Source: Octopus vulgaris
Taxonomy: Eukaryota
Assembly (NCBI GenBank): GCA_951406725.2
Contig: OX597829.1
Coordinates: 16,554,001-16,618,000 of the forward strand
Length of the DNA: 64,000 bases
Direction: 5' to 3'
A program made the position numbers and the translations under genes. The notes beneath the pieces are model-generated. The model searched no databases, was not told the DNA's origin, and saw only the letters and a program-made list of their open reading frames with translations. Below, piece by piece: positions 11,787-23,810 of this stretch (position 1 is the stretch's first letter; each line of letters starts with the position of its first letter).

Positions 11787-12900
11787 ATTAATTAGTCATT
11801 ATTCTTATCGCTGCTAATTGTTTAGGATGCCGCTATTGTTGCTGTTATTGTTGTTGTTGCTACTGTTATAACTGCTACTGTTTTGTCATTATTACTGTCT
11901 GTAGAACCATGAAGTAGAAGATGACTGCGAAAGACAGTTTCGCTTTCACTCTGCCGTTCCAGTTTCTTCGCTCGCTGGTTGGAAGGCAAAGACGAAAACA
12001 TTTTCAGAATGTCTTTACACTTCCAAAAACTTACAGTTATTACTAGTAGGGCAAATAAACAAAAACACGGTCAATTCTTTATGGTTTTCGTCAACTATGA
12101 AACAAGATTTTTGAGGGGAGGTATTTAGTTCATATTCTCGACCCCAGTATTTAACTGGTATTACGTTTTCTTGACTTTGGAGATATGAAAGGCAAAGCTT
12201 AACTTGTCAGGATTTGAAATCATAACATAAATAGCCGGAAAAACAACAATAACAACAACAACAACAACATCAAAGACAACTAAGATAAATCAGCTAGGAC
12301 TTAACCAAAGCTTTCTGATGAAAGACCCGGAGTCTTGCTTGCCAAATGGAGAATGTTGAACGCAATAGTAATGTTTCCCAAATTGAACGAGAAAAGATTC
12401 TATGCATAGCAGTATGTATATGCATATACATATGCGCGTGTGAGAGTGTACGTGTGAGTGTAAATGCGTGTGGGCGTGTGTTGCTACCACATCAATATCA
12501 GCATATATATATATATAATTGAAAAAAATTGGAGTCAACAAAAATGGGTACGGCAGGACATTTACTTTTTAATCACTTCAATTGTTTCCACACAACGTAG
12601 TTCTCAAGAGTGGTAGAAGAGCTTTATACTGTACTTTATCACGTTCTGAACAGAATATACCATAACTATATATATATATATAGGTAAAAACGGTAAGATA
12701 ACAAAAGAAAGAGACCTTAATATTATGTGAATAGAGGAATTTATCCGTAAATATAATATGTGATAATTCGGTAACAAAGATAAAAACTCTTTTTTTTTTC
12801 TTTTTCATAGCGTTTTTCCGATGGCCGGATTTCCACCTCGGCATCCGAAACTCAGAGTTTTATCTTGGCTACCGAATAATTGTCACATATTATATTTACA

Positions 12901-13198
12901 GGGTTTCAGATGGTCGGATCAACGGAACACCCTGTTCCTGAAATTAATATACAAGTGAGTGAGTGCTCCACAGACACACGTACCCTTAATGTAGTTCTCA
13001 AGGAACTTCAGCTTAACAAACAGAATGTGAGAGGGTTAGCCCCTTTGAAATACAGGTACAAACTCGCTTTTTCCAGCTGAGTGAACTGGAACAACGTGAA
13101 ATAAAAATGTCTTGCTAAAGAGCAAAACACTTCCAGGAATCGAACTCACAACCTTACGATCGAAGGCCGAATACCCTAACCACTAAAGCACGCACCTT
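12901..13198 (-). mobile_element. tRNA-derived SINE family H (diverged)
   Basis: Minus head with A-box tagtggttagg and B-box gagttcgattcc, followed by ctttagcaagaca. Confidence 0.65.
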
Positions 13199-14159
13199 AA
13201 CATATGCATATATTACTCGCACACACGCACACATACATATATTTATACAAGCATATATATGCATATATACATCTTTGTATGTATATGCACATGTATGCAC
13301 ATATATATGTATATGTATGCTTGTATACACATGTGTGTGAGTGTATGGCTGTTTGTATATATGCGTGTACTTATGTATATATCCCATACTTTATCATTCT
13401 AAAGTCCGAACGCAATATATTCTGACTACGCTTTGCTTTTATTCCTCTGTATTATTCCTCCAAAAATCGATAAAATAAACCCAGATAAACAAGCAATAAA
13501 GATCTAGAAATGCACTGCAATTTGTTTTTTCAACCACACATCTTACTTTACAAACATCTAAGGCTCGTTTCTCTTCGAAAAATATTCCGTTTGTTTCTTT
13601 CTTTCTTTCTTTACTTCTTTTCTTTTCCTATTTTTTCTTTTTTTCTTTCTCTCTGTCTTTCTTTCTCCCTTCCTTCCTTCCATTCTTCCTTCCTTTCTTT
13701 CTTTTTACTTTCTTTCTCTCTGTCTTTCTTTAAATCAATACAGTATTGATCACTTCAATGCAACACTTGGGAAAATTACAATACACAATTTATTCAGATC
13801 GATAAGATATTCCCTTACCGAACATAATCGAACCTTAGCACGTCTTCATGCAGTTCTGTTGTCTATACACGGAAACAATATTTTGCGACAGCGTTCTAAG
13901 GCACGTTCACGTTTTCTTTATTCATATTCTTTATTTCTTTCTTAATTAAATTCTTTCCGAGACAGTGAAAGGCTCATAATCTTGTTCTTTTTTCATTGTC
14001 CTCTCACATGGGTACTCTTACACTTTCGTAAGAGAAGAAGAGTATTATACTGTGTAACACGATTTTTGTCCATGGCTTAACAATGTTATTTCCCCATTTA
14101 TTTATCCCAAGAAAGTATGAAAAATAGCTAATATTTCCTTCAGACTTTGCTATTGTTAC

Positions 14160-14330
14160 ATTTATTCAACCCCCAAAGTATCCCTCTCAATCCATGATTA
14201 CGATGCCTTCCCACTACTCCTGTTCATGATCAGAGATGCACATATTGTAAGCCACTAAGGGACATGCTCACGTGGTTAAGATTAAGCAAGTGACAAGAAA
14301 TTTACGATATTGAGCAGAATATTTGCTGTA
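14160..14330 (-). mobile_element. Diverged fragment of retroposon family F
   Basis: ttattcaaccccc...gatcagagatgcacatat...ccactaagggacatgctca...tgagcagaatatttgctgta matches 35711-35880. Confidence 0.75.
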
Positions 14331-14772
14331 ATGATATTTCTGCTTCAGCAACTTAGCACTGAATCTATCTGAAATGTAATGGGAAATAGGTCAGTTTCAA
14401 AACATTGATGTCCAGGTCACAAAAGTAACGTTTGAAGGGAATAGGGATCATTTCGGTTTGAACGGCAGTCTTTTCACAATTTATGAATACAAAACAAAAT
14501 CAGGAAGAAAAAAAATAGGCAATCAACCTACAGGTAAGTTAATGAAACAAATAAACTATTAACTACTAAGAATTATATATACTGTATATAGTTAGGTGTG
14601 TGTTTGTTTTTGTGTCTGTTCTCCCAGTATCTCGTAACAAACGATGCTGGTGTGTTTAAGTCCCGTAACTTAGTGGTTCGGCGAAAGAGACCTGTAGAAT
14701 AAGTACTAGGCTTACAAAGAATAAGTTCTGGGGTCGATTTCTTCGACTAAAACCCCCATTAAGGCAGTGCTC

Positions 14773-15216
14773 GGATCTTTTCGGTTTGAACGGCAGTTTT
14801 TTTCTAGCGGTGTCATATGAAATTGTCACCCATAATTATGACCCTAGTATCGATCTATTGCATTTCAATCTGTTTTAAGGTTAGGGTTAATTAGGGCTAG
14901 TTTGGGTTAGGGTTAGGTTTAGGGGTGGGAGGAAGGGTATCTTTTTGTCTTCAGAAATGTAAATAAACCCAATCTGTTTCTTAAACGAGGGACATATTCA
15001 TAAGGCACAGAATGTGTTTTACCTCAATAGACGTCAGTGATTGGTTGAAATTGCAGAAATGAAGAAAAAAAACAACAGATATCTTACAAACTACATAATT
15101 TTCTCAATAAAGCCAAGAGAAAAAGATGTTTTATAAACACATTCAACCAGTATACGAAGTTTAAAAGTGTTTAGTTACGTGGAAATTATTTTTAAAAACT
15201 GCCGGTCAAAAGATCC
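14773..15216. mobile_element. MITE family M with an expanded internal TTAGGG-like tract
   Basis: Both TIRs present (right one partly deleted); ttaggg-like units at 14875-14925; no matching TSD. Confidence 0.88.
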
Positions 15217-15463
15217 CAACCAGCAAATCTGTGGTATTAATTTAGACTATTTGCTATAACGAAATTTCTGCTTCAGTAACTCAATGTTAAATCTGTCTGA
15301 AATGTAATGGAAAACAGGACAGTTTCAAAACAGTGAAGGTGAAGGGAATATTAGTCACTTCGTTTGATTTCTAGATAGAAACAAATAGGAAATTACACTT
15401 CCTGACCTAAAACTAAAATTTTGTTACAGAGTATTATTTGAGTACCATTATCCTAGTGGACTT

Positions 15464-15872
15464 ATTTCTTCATTGCCCACAAGGGGCTAAACCCAGAGGG
15501 GACAAACAAGGACAGTCAAAGAGATTAAGTCGATTACATCGACCCCAGTGCGTAACTGGTATTAATTTATTGACCCCGAAAGGATGCAAGGCAAATTCGA
15601 CCTCGGCGGAATTTGAACTCAGAACGTAACGGCAGGCGAAATACCTATTTCTTTACTACCCACAAGGGGCTAAACACAGAGGGGACAAACAAGGACAGAC
15701 AAACGGATTAAGTCGATTATATCGACCCCAGTGCGTAACTGGTACATATTTTAATCGACCCCGAAAGGATGAAAGGCAAAGTCGACCTCGGCGGAATTTG
15801 AACTCAGAACGTAACGGCAGACGAAATACCGTTAAGCATTTCGCCCGGCGTGCTAACGTTTCTGCCAGCTCG
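15464..15872 (-). mobile_element. SINE family A dimer
   Basis: One head plus two bodies within a single TSD ccattatc(c/t)tagtggactt (15445-15463, 15873-15891). Confidence 0.9.
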
Positions 15873-16093
15873 CCATTATCTTAGTGGACTTGCGAGGCTA
15901 GTAGGGACTTTTTTAATGAAATTTTTCCTTCTTGTTTTAGAATTTTGTTTTTATATATTTTTGTTATATTTTTAGTTATATTCTTATTGCAGCCAATTTT
16001 TCTTTTGATTAGTGCAGTCTCCATGTTCTATGCATTGTATTTCCTCCTATTCTAGGGTCCTAGGCATCATGGACCCCTCTGGCCAACAAAAGA

Positions 16094-16142
<49 letters not shown>

Positions 16143-16599
16143 TATGGCTTCTGATCTTAACTGACTGGAAGTGTTATCATGTACATTGTTTTGTCTTGGT
16201 ATAAAAGATTGGCTTCAGTAAATATTCTGCTCAATGCCACAGATTTGCTTGTCAGTTGTTTGACCTTAACCAGTTGAGCATGTCCCTTAGTGGCTGACGA
16301 TATGTGCATCTCTGATCACGAGCAGAAGTAGTGGGGGAGCATCATAGCCATGTGTTGAAAGGGATTCTTTGGGGTTTGGAAACATAGGTGTTTTGTTCAA
16401 CATTCTTAAACAACCTATATTCAGGGACCACTTGATCGGGATGGGTTACTTGACTTGAAGAAAATTCTAACTGGGCCCCATCAGCAAGGTCAAGCGCTGG
16501 TTATCTTGATATGAGATCACCATATCGCGCACATATGGTTGTGGTGCATGTGCCTGGTGTACATCAGTCACTTTGATGGCATGCACTGCTCTCTCACTC
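16143..16599 (+). mobile_element. Retroposon family F, 5'-truncated, next to (AAT)n
   Basis: Reverse-complement match to 35954-36478 with an internal deletion; preceded by (aat)n, ends ctctctcactc-aataat. Confidence 0.85.
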
Positions 16600-16603
16600 A
16601 ATA

Positions 16604-16644
<41 letters not shown>

Positions 16645-16646
<2 letters not shown>

Positions 16647-17460
16647 CTTTATTAACCACAAGAGTTTATTTACATTAAGTAAAACATTATGGACATTACA
16701 GGACAAAACAAAGAATGTGTGTGTGTGCTTGTGTGTATGTGTGTGTGTGTGTGTGTGTGAGTGTGTGTGGAAACAAAGATTAACAAAATTTTTAAAAATT
16801 AATAATGTGTGATCCTCAACAAGGAGGAGACGTTGGAGGGGTGCTCATAGGAAAACCCCCATAAAAACCCTGGGTATCCTAACTTTGGGGGCAGGTGCAT
16901 TTTTTCCTTTCCTTTTTTCCCCCTAACAACATCGTATGCTCGCACCATTCTCGCCACTTTAATCAACCTTTTGCCAAACTGTCTAGAAGACAACACTTCC
17001 CTCTCAACTCTTATTTTCCTTTTCAAATGAAACTTGAACTCAGAACGTAAAGACGGAGGAAATGCCGATAAGCATTATACCTGGCGTGCTAACGATTCTG
17101 CCAGCTCGCCGCCTTAAATAACAACAACAACAACAACAACAATAATAATACAAGAAGCTACCAGGACCACCTCTTAAGGAACAGTAGTAGCCCAACGTGG
17201 GTATGTAAACAACAAAATGAAACCATTGATCATGTTGTCTCCAAATGCAGTCTTCTTGCACCTACAGAGTCTCCCGGGATTGGACAAAAAAGAAAAGTGT
17301 TTGTCTTCGTCCCCTTCAATCTCGTCCACCATACAATCTCTTTTACCATGGCCACCAGGCATATGGAAACAGCCTTTCCTTCTCGAGAGTCAGTACATAC
17401 AAGAGAGACGAGAGGTGACGACCTTTCCGGACCGAGCACATGATTTTGAATGGCTCTGAG
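16645..17460 (-). mobile_element. L1/Tx1 LINE 3' end, interrupted at ~17035-17275
   Basis: Minus translation CLVAMVKEIVWWTRLKGTKTNTFLF ... FKFHLKRKIRVEREVLSSRQFGKRLIKVARMV resembles the C-terminus at 37946-38446; (ATC)n tail. Confidence 0.75.
17150..17269 (+). pseudogene. R4/Dong-like (RLE non-LTR) zinc-knuckle fragment
   Basis: TRSYQDHLLRNSSSPTWVCKQQNETIDHVVSKCSLLAPTE fits the CxxC...ETIDH...C motif that precedes the restriction-like endonuclease; follows (aac/aat)n. Confidence 0.65.
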
Positions 17461-17537
17461 AGGTGACCCTTCACTTTGACCACCACTGAACAGATGTCGC
17501 TGTGTAATTACAGTGATTCTGCCCCCTGAATAGAACC

Positions 17538-17737
17538 TTAATAATAATAATGATGATGATGATGATGATGATGATATTGGTGTTGATTTGATAATGACGA
17601 TGATGATGTAGATGATGATGTAGATGATGATGACGATGACGACGATGATGATGATGATGATGATGACGACGACGATGACGACGACGACGAGGATGAGGAG
17701 GATGAGAAGTATGATGATGAGGTGGTTGATGATGATA

Positions 17738-17771
<34 letters not shown>

Positions 17772-17807
17772 GGAGGAGGAGGAGGAGGAGGAGGAGGAGG
17801 AGGAGGA
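17538..17807. repeat. Compound (GAT/GAC/GAG)n microsatellite
   Basis: Directly visible. Confidence 0.95.
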
Positions 17808-18118
17808 GTGCTTTATTGAACACACAGTACCTTATTTTATCGTCCCCGAAAGGATGAAATACAGAGCTGATCTCGGCAACATTTAAGCCTGGACTGCAAA
17901 GAACCGTAAATATACACTAAGGCATATTTTTTGTTAACGTTTATGATGATGATGATGATGATGGCAGGGCCCGTTCTTTACATTAAACCATAGCATAGGA
18001 CGTGTTGCCTTTTACTAATTTTGTAGTGCAAGTTCATAATTCACGATAAGTTGCTTCCCTTGGATTTCATTAAGTCATCTGAGTTGTCTCTCTTAGTATA
18101 TCATAAATTTATATATAA

Positions 18119-18646
18119 CTAGCAGTATTGCCCGGCGTTGCTCGGGTTTGTAAGGGAAATAACTATATAAGCATTTTTAGAGAGTTATAGCAAAAAAATG
18201 CATTAAAAATGGAATAAAAAATGATGATAATTTTTTTTTTAAATCGTTGACTCAGTGTCTTCAAGCCATGAAGTCGTTCTAAAAGAACGCTGGTTTCCTT
18301 AACAACGCATTACGACGTTGATTTCTTTACACTCCCTTCCCCATAGCTTCACGAGGGAGGGAAGGGGGAGAAGCAAACAGGTGCAGCTGTGAGCGTGGAC
18401 GCCAACTCCGCCGCCATCGACACACGATGCATTTTATGCATTAAAATGGAATAAAAAATGATGTTAAATTATTTTTAAAATCGTAGACTCATCGTTGACG
18501 CGCGCTAATAGTCAGACGGGCTCGATATGAATCACGACTATAAGATACCCGAATTTGGTTAAACTGCACCGCAAAATGTGGGAGGAGTTAGGAATCTAAA
18601 TCGAAGGGGACAGACACTCACACAACTACAGTTTTATATATATAGA
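18119..18646 (-). mobile_element. Non-autonomous Helitron (second family)
   Basis: Minus 5' TCtatatatataaaa, 3' CTAG, A|T insertion site, subterminal hairpin cccgagcaacgccggg; internal ~55-bp duplication (18198 and 18436). Confidence 0.75.
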
Positions 18647-18653
18647 TAAATTG

Positions 18654-18859
18654 TTACTTGTTTCAGTCACTTGACTGCGTTTATGCTGGAGCACCGCCTT
18701 TAGTCGAGCAAATCGACCCCAGGACTTATTCATTGTAAGCCAAGTACTTATTTTATTCTTTTTTTTTTTGCCGAACCGCAACGTTACGGGGATGTAAATA
18801 CGCCAACATCGGTTGTCAGACCGATGGTGGGTGGACAAACACAGACACACAAATATATA

Positions 18860-18950
<91 letters not shown>

Positions 18951-19093
18951 GACGGGCTTCTTTCAGTTTCCGTCTACCAAATCCACTCACAAGGCTTTAG
19001 TCGACCCGAGGCTATAGTAGAAGACATTTGCCTAAGGTGCCACGCACGCAGTGGGACTGAACCCAGAACCATGTGGTTGGGAAGCAAGCTTCT
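18654..19093 (-). mobile_element. SINE family C (tRNA head, CORE-like domain, internal microsatellite)
   Basis: Minus B-box gggttcagtccc, CORE-like ggcaccttaggcaaatgtc, internal (CA)n(TA)n. Confidence 0.85.
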
Positions 19094-19094
19094 T

Positions 19095-21085
19095 TATTTC
19101 ATAAATTGGCTATGGAAGCCGTTCATAGATGGGACAAACAAGGACAGACAAACATAGAGGGTGAAGAAGTCGCTTATTACGAATGAAACGGTTCCGAATG
19201 ATAAAATATAAACGTCATGCTGCTAAAAATTCAATTTTGGGGGTTTTCCTTTTAAAAATTTCTGTATAAATGTGACTGAAGGAAAGCCATCCAACCGCCA
19301 GATTCGAACCTTTACTTTTCTTTCTGGCCCCACTTATCTGGTTCCAGTAACTCGCAGCTTCTTCACAATTTGCTTCCATCTTTTCGCGAACATATCCTGA
19401 GGCAGGTATCTCTTCTCCAGCCTGATCATGCTATCGAGGTGGTAACTAAAGAGGTTTACCAACCCCTGGTCGGAGACGAAGGTACCCGTCCCTATACCAC
19501 TTACACGCGTCTTCCATACTGTTTCTTTCAGTATTGATACTACGCAGAAAAAAACAAGCCTTCCTCTTCCTTGTTCAGGGAAGGAGGCGTCGCAATCTTG
19601 ATAACAGACTCAGCCGATAGCTATACTCTTCCCATAGTTGACAACAGTTGCTCGATAAAAGCTATCAGTCCCGATAATTCCGGACACTTCCGTGCTTTGA
19701 CAGCTTCTCTCGAACTGGCAAAGCCGAACGGTAGCACTGCCAAACCAGGGATTTATGGCAATTATCCAGATACCCCAGCCCGAAATTTCTCCTGAACAGG
19801 TTGATCAACTGATTTCCATCGAAGCCCAGAGTCTCCCTCAGGACATCGTCTGACATAAATTCCACTAACCCACTATAGAAATCCGCAGTGGAACTCTTGT
19901 TGCTGGTATTGCCCGTCCGAGAGACTAGTTGGAGTGCTGTCAGGCACTCCAATTGTCAATACCCCAGCTTAGGTCTTCGTTTGATCCATAGACCAATGTC
20001 CGTTAAGTACGTCAACTGTGAAGGTAGAACCCTATGTTCGGTGACCACATCTGCTCCCCATCAAGGTAAAGCCAGAGGTGCCTCAACCTTAACGTGAATT
20101 TTCACATCCTCAGCTAAGGCATCCCTAGCCCACCCTTTAGCGGTTTTTGGCAGTAGACAGAGCGCTTCACTAGTGGCTTTCCTCCCTTCCATAAAAAGCG
20201 AAAAAGGATTCTTTCCAGTTTGTTCAGCCACAAATTGGGGCAAGGCACAACGGTCAGGTGGTAGGTGATAACAGATGCTATGAAAATCTGCGTCACATCT
20301 GCCCTCCCAAGCAAAGATAACGCCCGCCTAGACCAGGTCTGGGTTAAGGCAGTCACCCTGCTCGTGACCTCGCTCCAATTTTCTCTATCTGGAGGTCTGG
20401 GCCGAACCAGACCCCTAGCAACTTAACTGGACCTTCCGTCCGACACCCCTCAATGTTATTGGACGAGTTGCAAGCCGACCGACTTGTCCTGGTTAACCTT
20501 TGCTCCTGCCACCGCCTCGTATCTCTTGATGGCGTTTTCCACATGAGGAAGCTGCTCTTCTTCGGACACGATGATGGAGACATTATCCGAATACCCAGTG
20601 GCTCCACTTCAACGCCACAGATCATTCGGCACGTCCCCTAACGCCTCCAACTTCCGCAACAATGGCTCAAGTGTCAATGTATACAAAAGCGGTGACAGAG
20701 GACATCCCTGGCATACTGAGCTTCAATCTTGAACGGTTTTGAAAAAAAAACCCCGTTCACTCGGACGATACACTCGATGTCGCTGTACAAAGCAGCAATC
20801 CAACCGCGGAAAGTCGGGCCCATCCCAGCCTCCCCGAGGACCGCCGCCAGGTACCGATGGTCGACCCTATCGAATGCTTTAGACTGGTTTAAATGTACCA
20901 GTGCCCCACCTTTTCCAGAAATTTTACTAACCCTCTCTAAGGAGTAACGTATAAGATGGAGATTGTCGTGAATTGTCCTGCCCGGAATAGCGTAAGTTTG
21001 CGCCTCCCTGACAAGTCTGCCCACGACACGCGTCAACCTTTTTGGCAACAGATTGGCCAAGATCATTAACTCTGTGCTTAGCAAA
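19095..21085 (-). mobile_element. 5'-truncated L1/Tx1 LINE with decayed RT and C-terminal domain
   Basis: GRTIHDNLHLIR...LNQSKAFDRVDH...QGCPLSPLLY, VKLLGVWFG, GGLGMP, LVWQCYRSALPVREKL; frameshifted. Confidence 0.9.
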
Positions 21086-21247
21086 GTTACAGCCACTCCT
21101 GCGCCTATATACACAATAATGTTTGATTTTTATGTTCAGTTATAATAAAAATAATTTTACAATAATTTGATAGGTTACTATATACTTTTGCAGAGTACAA
21201 ATTTATTATTCTTGAAGAACAATAGTATTGACTGTGACTTCGAAATC

Positions 21248-21299
<52 letters not shown>

Positions 21300-21460
21300 T
21301 CCGGCGATATTTCGACCATATCTCACATGGATTTAAGCGGCGGGCATTTTGAACTGGCCATGAGGCATACATGCATATATATGTGGGTATACGTTCGTAT
21401 ATGTAAGTATTCATTTGTTGTATTTATATATATATGTATTTATGTTTATCTTCTGTGTGT

Positions 21461-21518
21461 ATTCTACTGACGAGGCAAAGCATTCATAAATGGAAAGCCA
21501 GAAATCCGGATCTAGAAT
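21461..21518 (+). ncRNA. Minimal type I hammerhead ribozyme candidate
   Basis: Stem I attcta/tagaat; CTGACGA; stem II ggc/gcc; one extra a; GAAA; palindromic tccgga; ATC cleavage triplet. Confidence 0.65.
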
Positions 21519-21807
21519 TATCCAGCAATTTTTTACTAGTTTCATCTTGTCTCTTTGTTTTCTCTCCGTGTTGATATATGGACAATTTAGGTGGTTTTAA
21601 AGTCAGATCATGGCTGCTATTTTCAGCATGTTGGTATCTCGTAGATACCCTAATTTATAATTATATATATATATAGTGGAACAAGTAGAAAGATATATGT
21701 TTTCAACATGTAAATACTGAACAGTATGTATAAAGGATAAAATCGTTTTAAGAGCAGAAAAATATTTGTCTACTTATTCTACAATACATTTCAACGCTTC
21801 AAAAAAC

Positions 21808-21992
<185 letters not shown>

Positions 21993-22425
21993 CTACATAA
22001 ATGTAAGTGTATGTGGTTATGCACGTGTGTTTAATCCCAAAAGTCTCGGAAACAAGCTACTTTTCTACTCCGTATTTGGGGCAATTCCCGACAGGATATG
22101 CCTTCGACAAAGGCCCTTTCTGTTTGTTTCACTGTCCCTGTTTTTGTTACCAATTTTGACCCTCCGCAAAAGCCCAGATTTTATTTAATTGGCTTTGCGG
22201 GAGCAACCGTTTTGCCGAAGTTGTATCTTGTCGTGAATGCTCGAAATAAGGAGTAAAAAAATTGCCGACAACTGATGAAGGGTCGTTCTTTATGTTGGTT
22301 TTCTTGTTTTCCATATGTTTCTTTCGTCGTTCGCAAAAAAATGTTCGTATTCCATGTTTTCGTATTTCGTGTTATTTTCGTATTTCATGTTGTTTAGTTC
22401 CATGACATCCTGTACTCATATATGC

Positions 22426-22458
<33 letters not shown>

Positions 22459-22511
22459 TATGTATGTACGTATATGTATGTATATATGCATATATATATT
22501 ATTTACATTAT

Positions 22512-22597
<86 letters not shown>

Positions 22598-23025
22598 GTC
22601 CAATGGACGGTACATGAATCATATCTGGTGAATAAAAAGCAATCAGTGTTTTCTTTTCATTAAAAGATAATTAAGCATACCTTTATTTCAATAAAATCTT
22701 TGGTTTTGTTAAAGGAAGTTAAGGCAAAAAAACTTCTTGAGAAACCAAATAGTCTTTCCTTCCTTCATGCCAAGTTTGAAGAAAATATCTCTTTTGCATC
22801 TTACTTTTTTTGGTCTCTTAAATATACTGAATTTTGTGGCATTATTTCAAGCCAGTCAGCTTTTTTTATGCAAACTGCACGTGCCTTTTTCCCGCGTACG
22901 CAGAGTATCGATCGTAACAGCTGATGTACTTGCGCGTACAAATGCACGTTCCCACGGCTTTATCGATCGCATTCTCACCTGGAATCGATTTTTGTAATTT
23001 TTTCAAGATTTAAATACGCCCTGAT

Positions 23026-23211
23026 ACCTATTTCTTTATTACCCACAAGGGGATAAACATAGAGGGGACAGACAAGGACAGCCATCGGTATTAAGTCGAT
23101 TACATCGACCCAAGTGTGTAACTGGTACTTAATTTATCAACCCCGAAAGGATGAAAGGCAAAGTCGACCTCGGCAGAATTTGAAATTCAGAACGTAGCTG
23201 CAGGCGAAATA
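23026..23211 (-). mobile_element. SINE family A, head-less body
   Basis: Matches the repeated body unit; 5' head absent. Confidence 0.85.
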
Positions 23212-23286
23212 CGCTTCTGCCGTCGGTATCTACATATCAAATTTGAGCGCAATCGGATGGAGGATGCCCGAGATCCAAGAAGACAC

Positions 23287-23339
<53 letters not shown>

Positions 23340-23418
23340 ACGGATTTTATATAATATTTATATATAAATCTTTAGTTAAATATATTCAATGAGAATATTA
23401 TACAGTGAAATCAATATC

Positions 23419-23500
23419 AGAAAATTCTTCAGAAAGATATATACATTTGAAAAAATAATTGTTGTATTAAAAATATAAATATATATATAAATATATGTAA

Positions 23501-23570
<70 letters not shown>

Positions 23571-23744
23571 GTATATATAATAAGTATGATAGTTTAAAAG
23601 TTTTGAATTAAGTTTTTAAACCTTTAAACTGTCATTATTATATATATATATATACTTATACATATTTACGTATATTTATATATATTTATATTTTTAATAG
23701 AACAATTATTTTACACTCGTATACGTCTTTCTGAAGAATTTTCT
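23419..23744. repeat. Long nested inverted repeat around (TA)n
   Basis: Arms ~23419-23502 and ~23663-23744 are diverged reverse complements; inner hairpin tgatagtttaaaagttt / aaacctttaaactgtca. Confidence 0.8.
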
Positions 23745-23776
23745 AATTGTGGATTTGTATAAAGGATACACACACA

Positions 23777-23810
<34 letters not shown>

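Noticed and set aside
12290-12410. Non-repetitive minus-strand segment open in three frames
   Set aside because: Weak donor site and no recognisable protein motif.
13819-13862. Candidate 44-nt minus-strand exon (ttgtttccgtgtatag|TTELHEDVLRFDYV|gtaagg)
   Set aside because: Splice signals are plausible but the peptide is unrecognisable and I found no partner exons; needs RNA-seq.
14875-14925. TTAGGG repeats as a telomere or fusion site
   Set aside because: Short, degenerate and internal to a MITE that has the tract in other copies.
22271-22300. ctgatgaaggg as a hammerhead core (also ctgacgaagg at 60063)
   Set aside because: No stem II closure plus GAAA plus stem I arrangement could be built.
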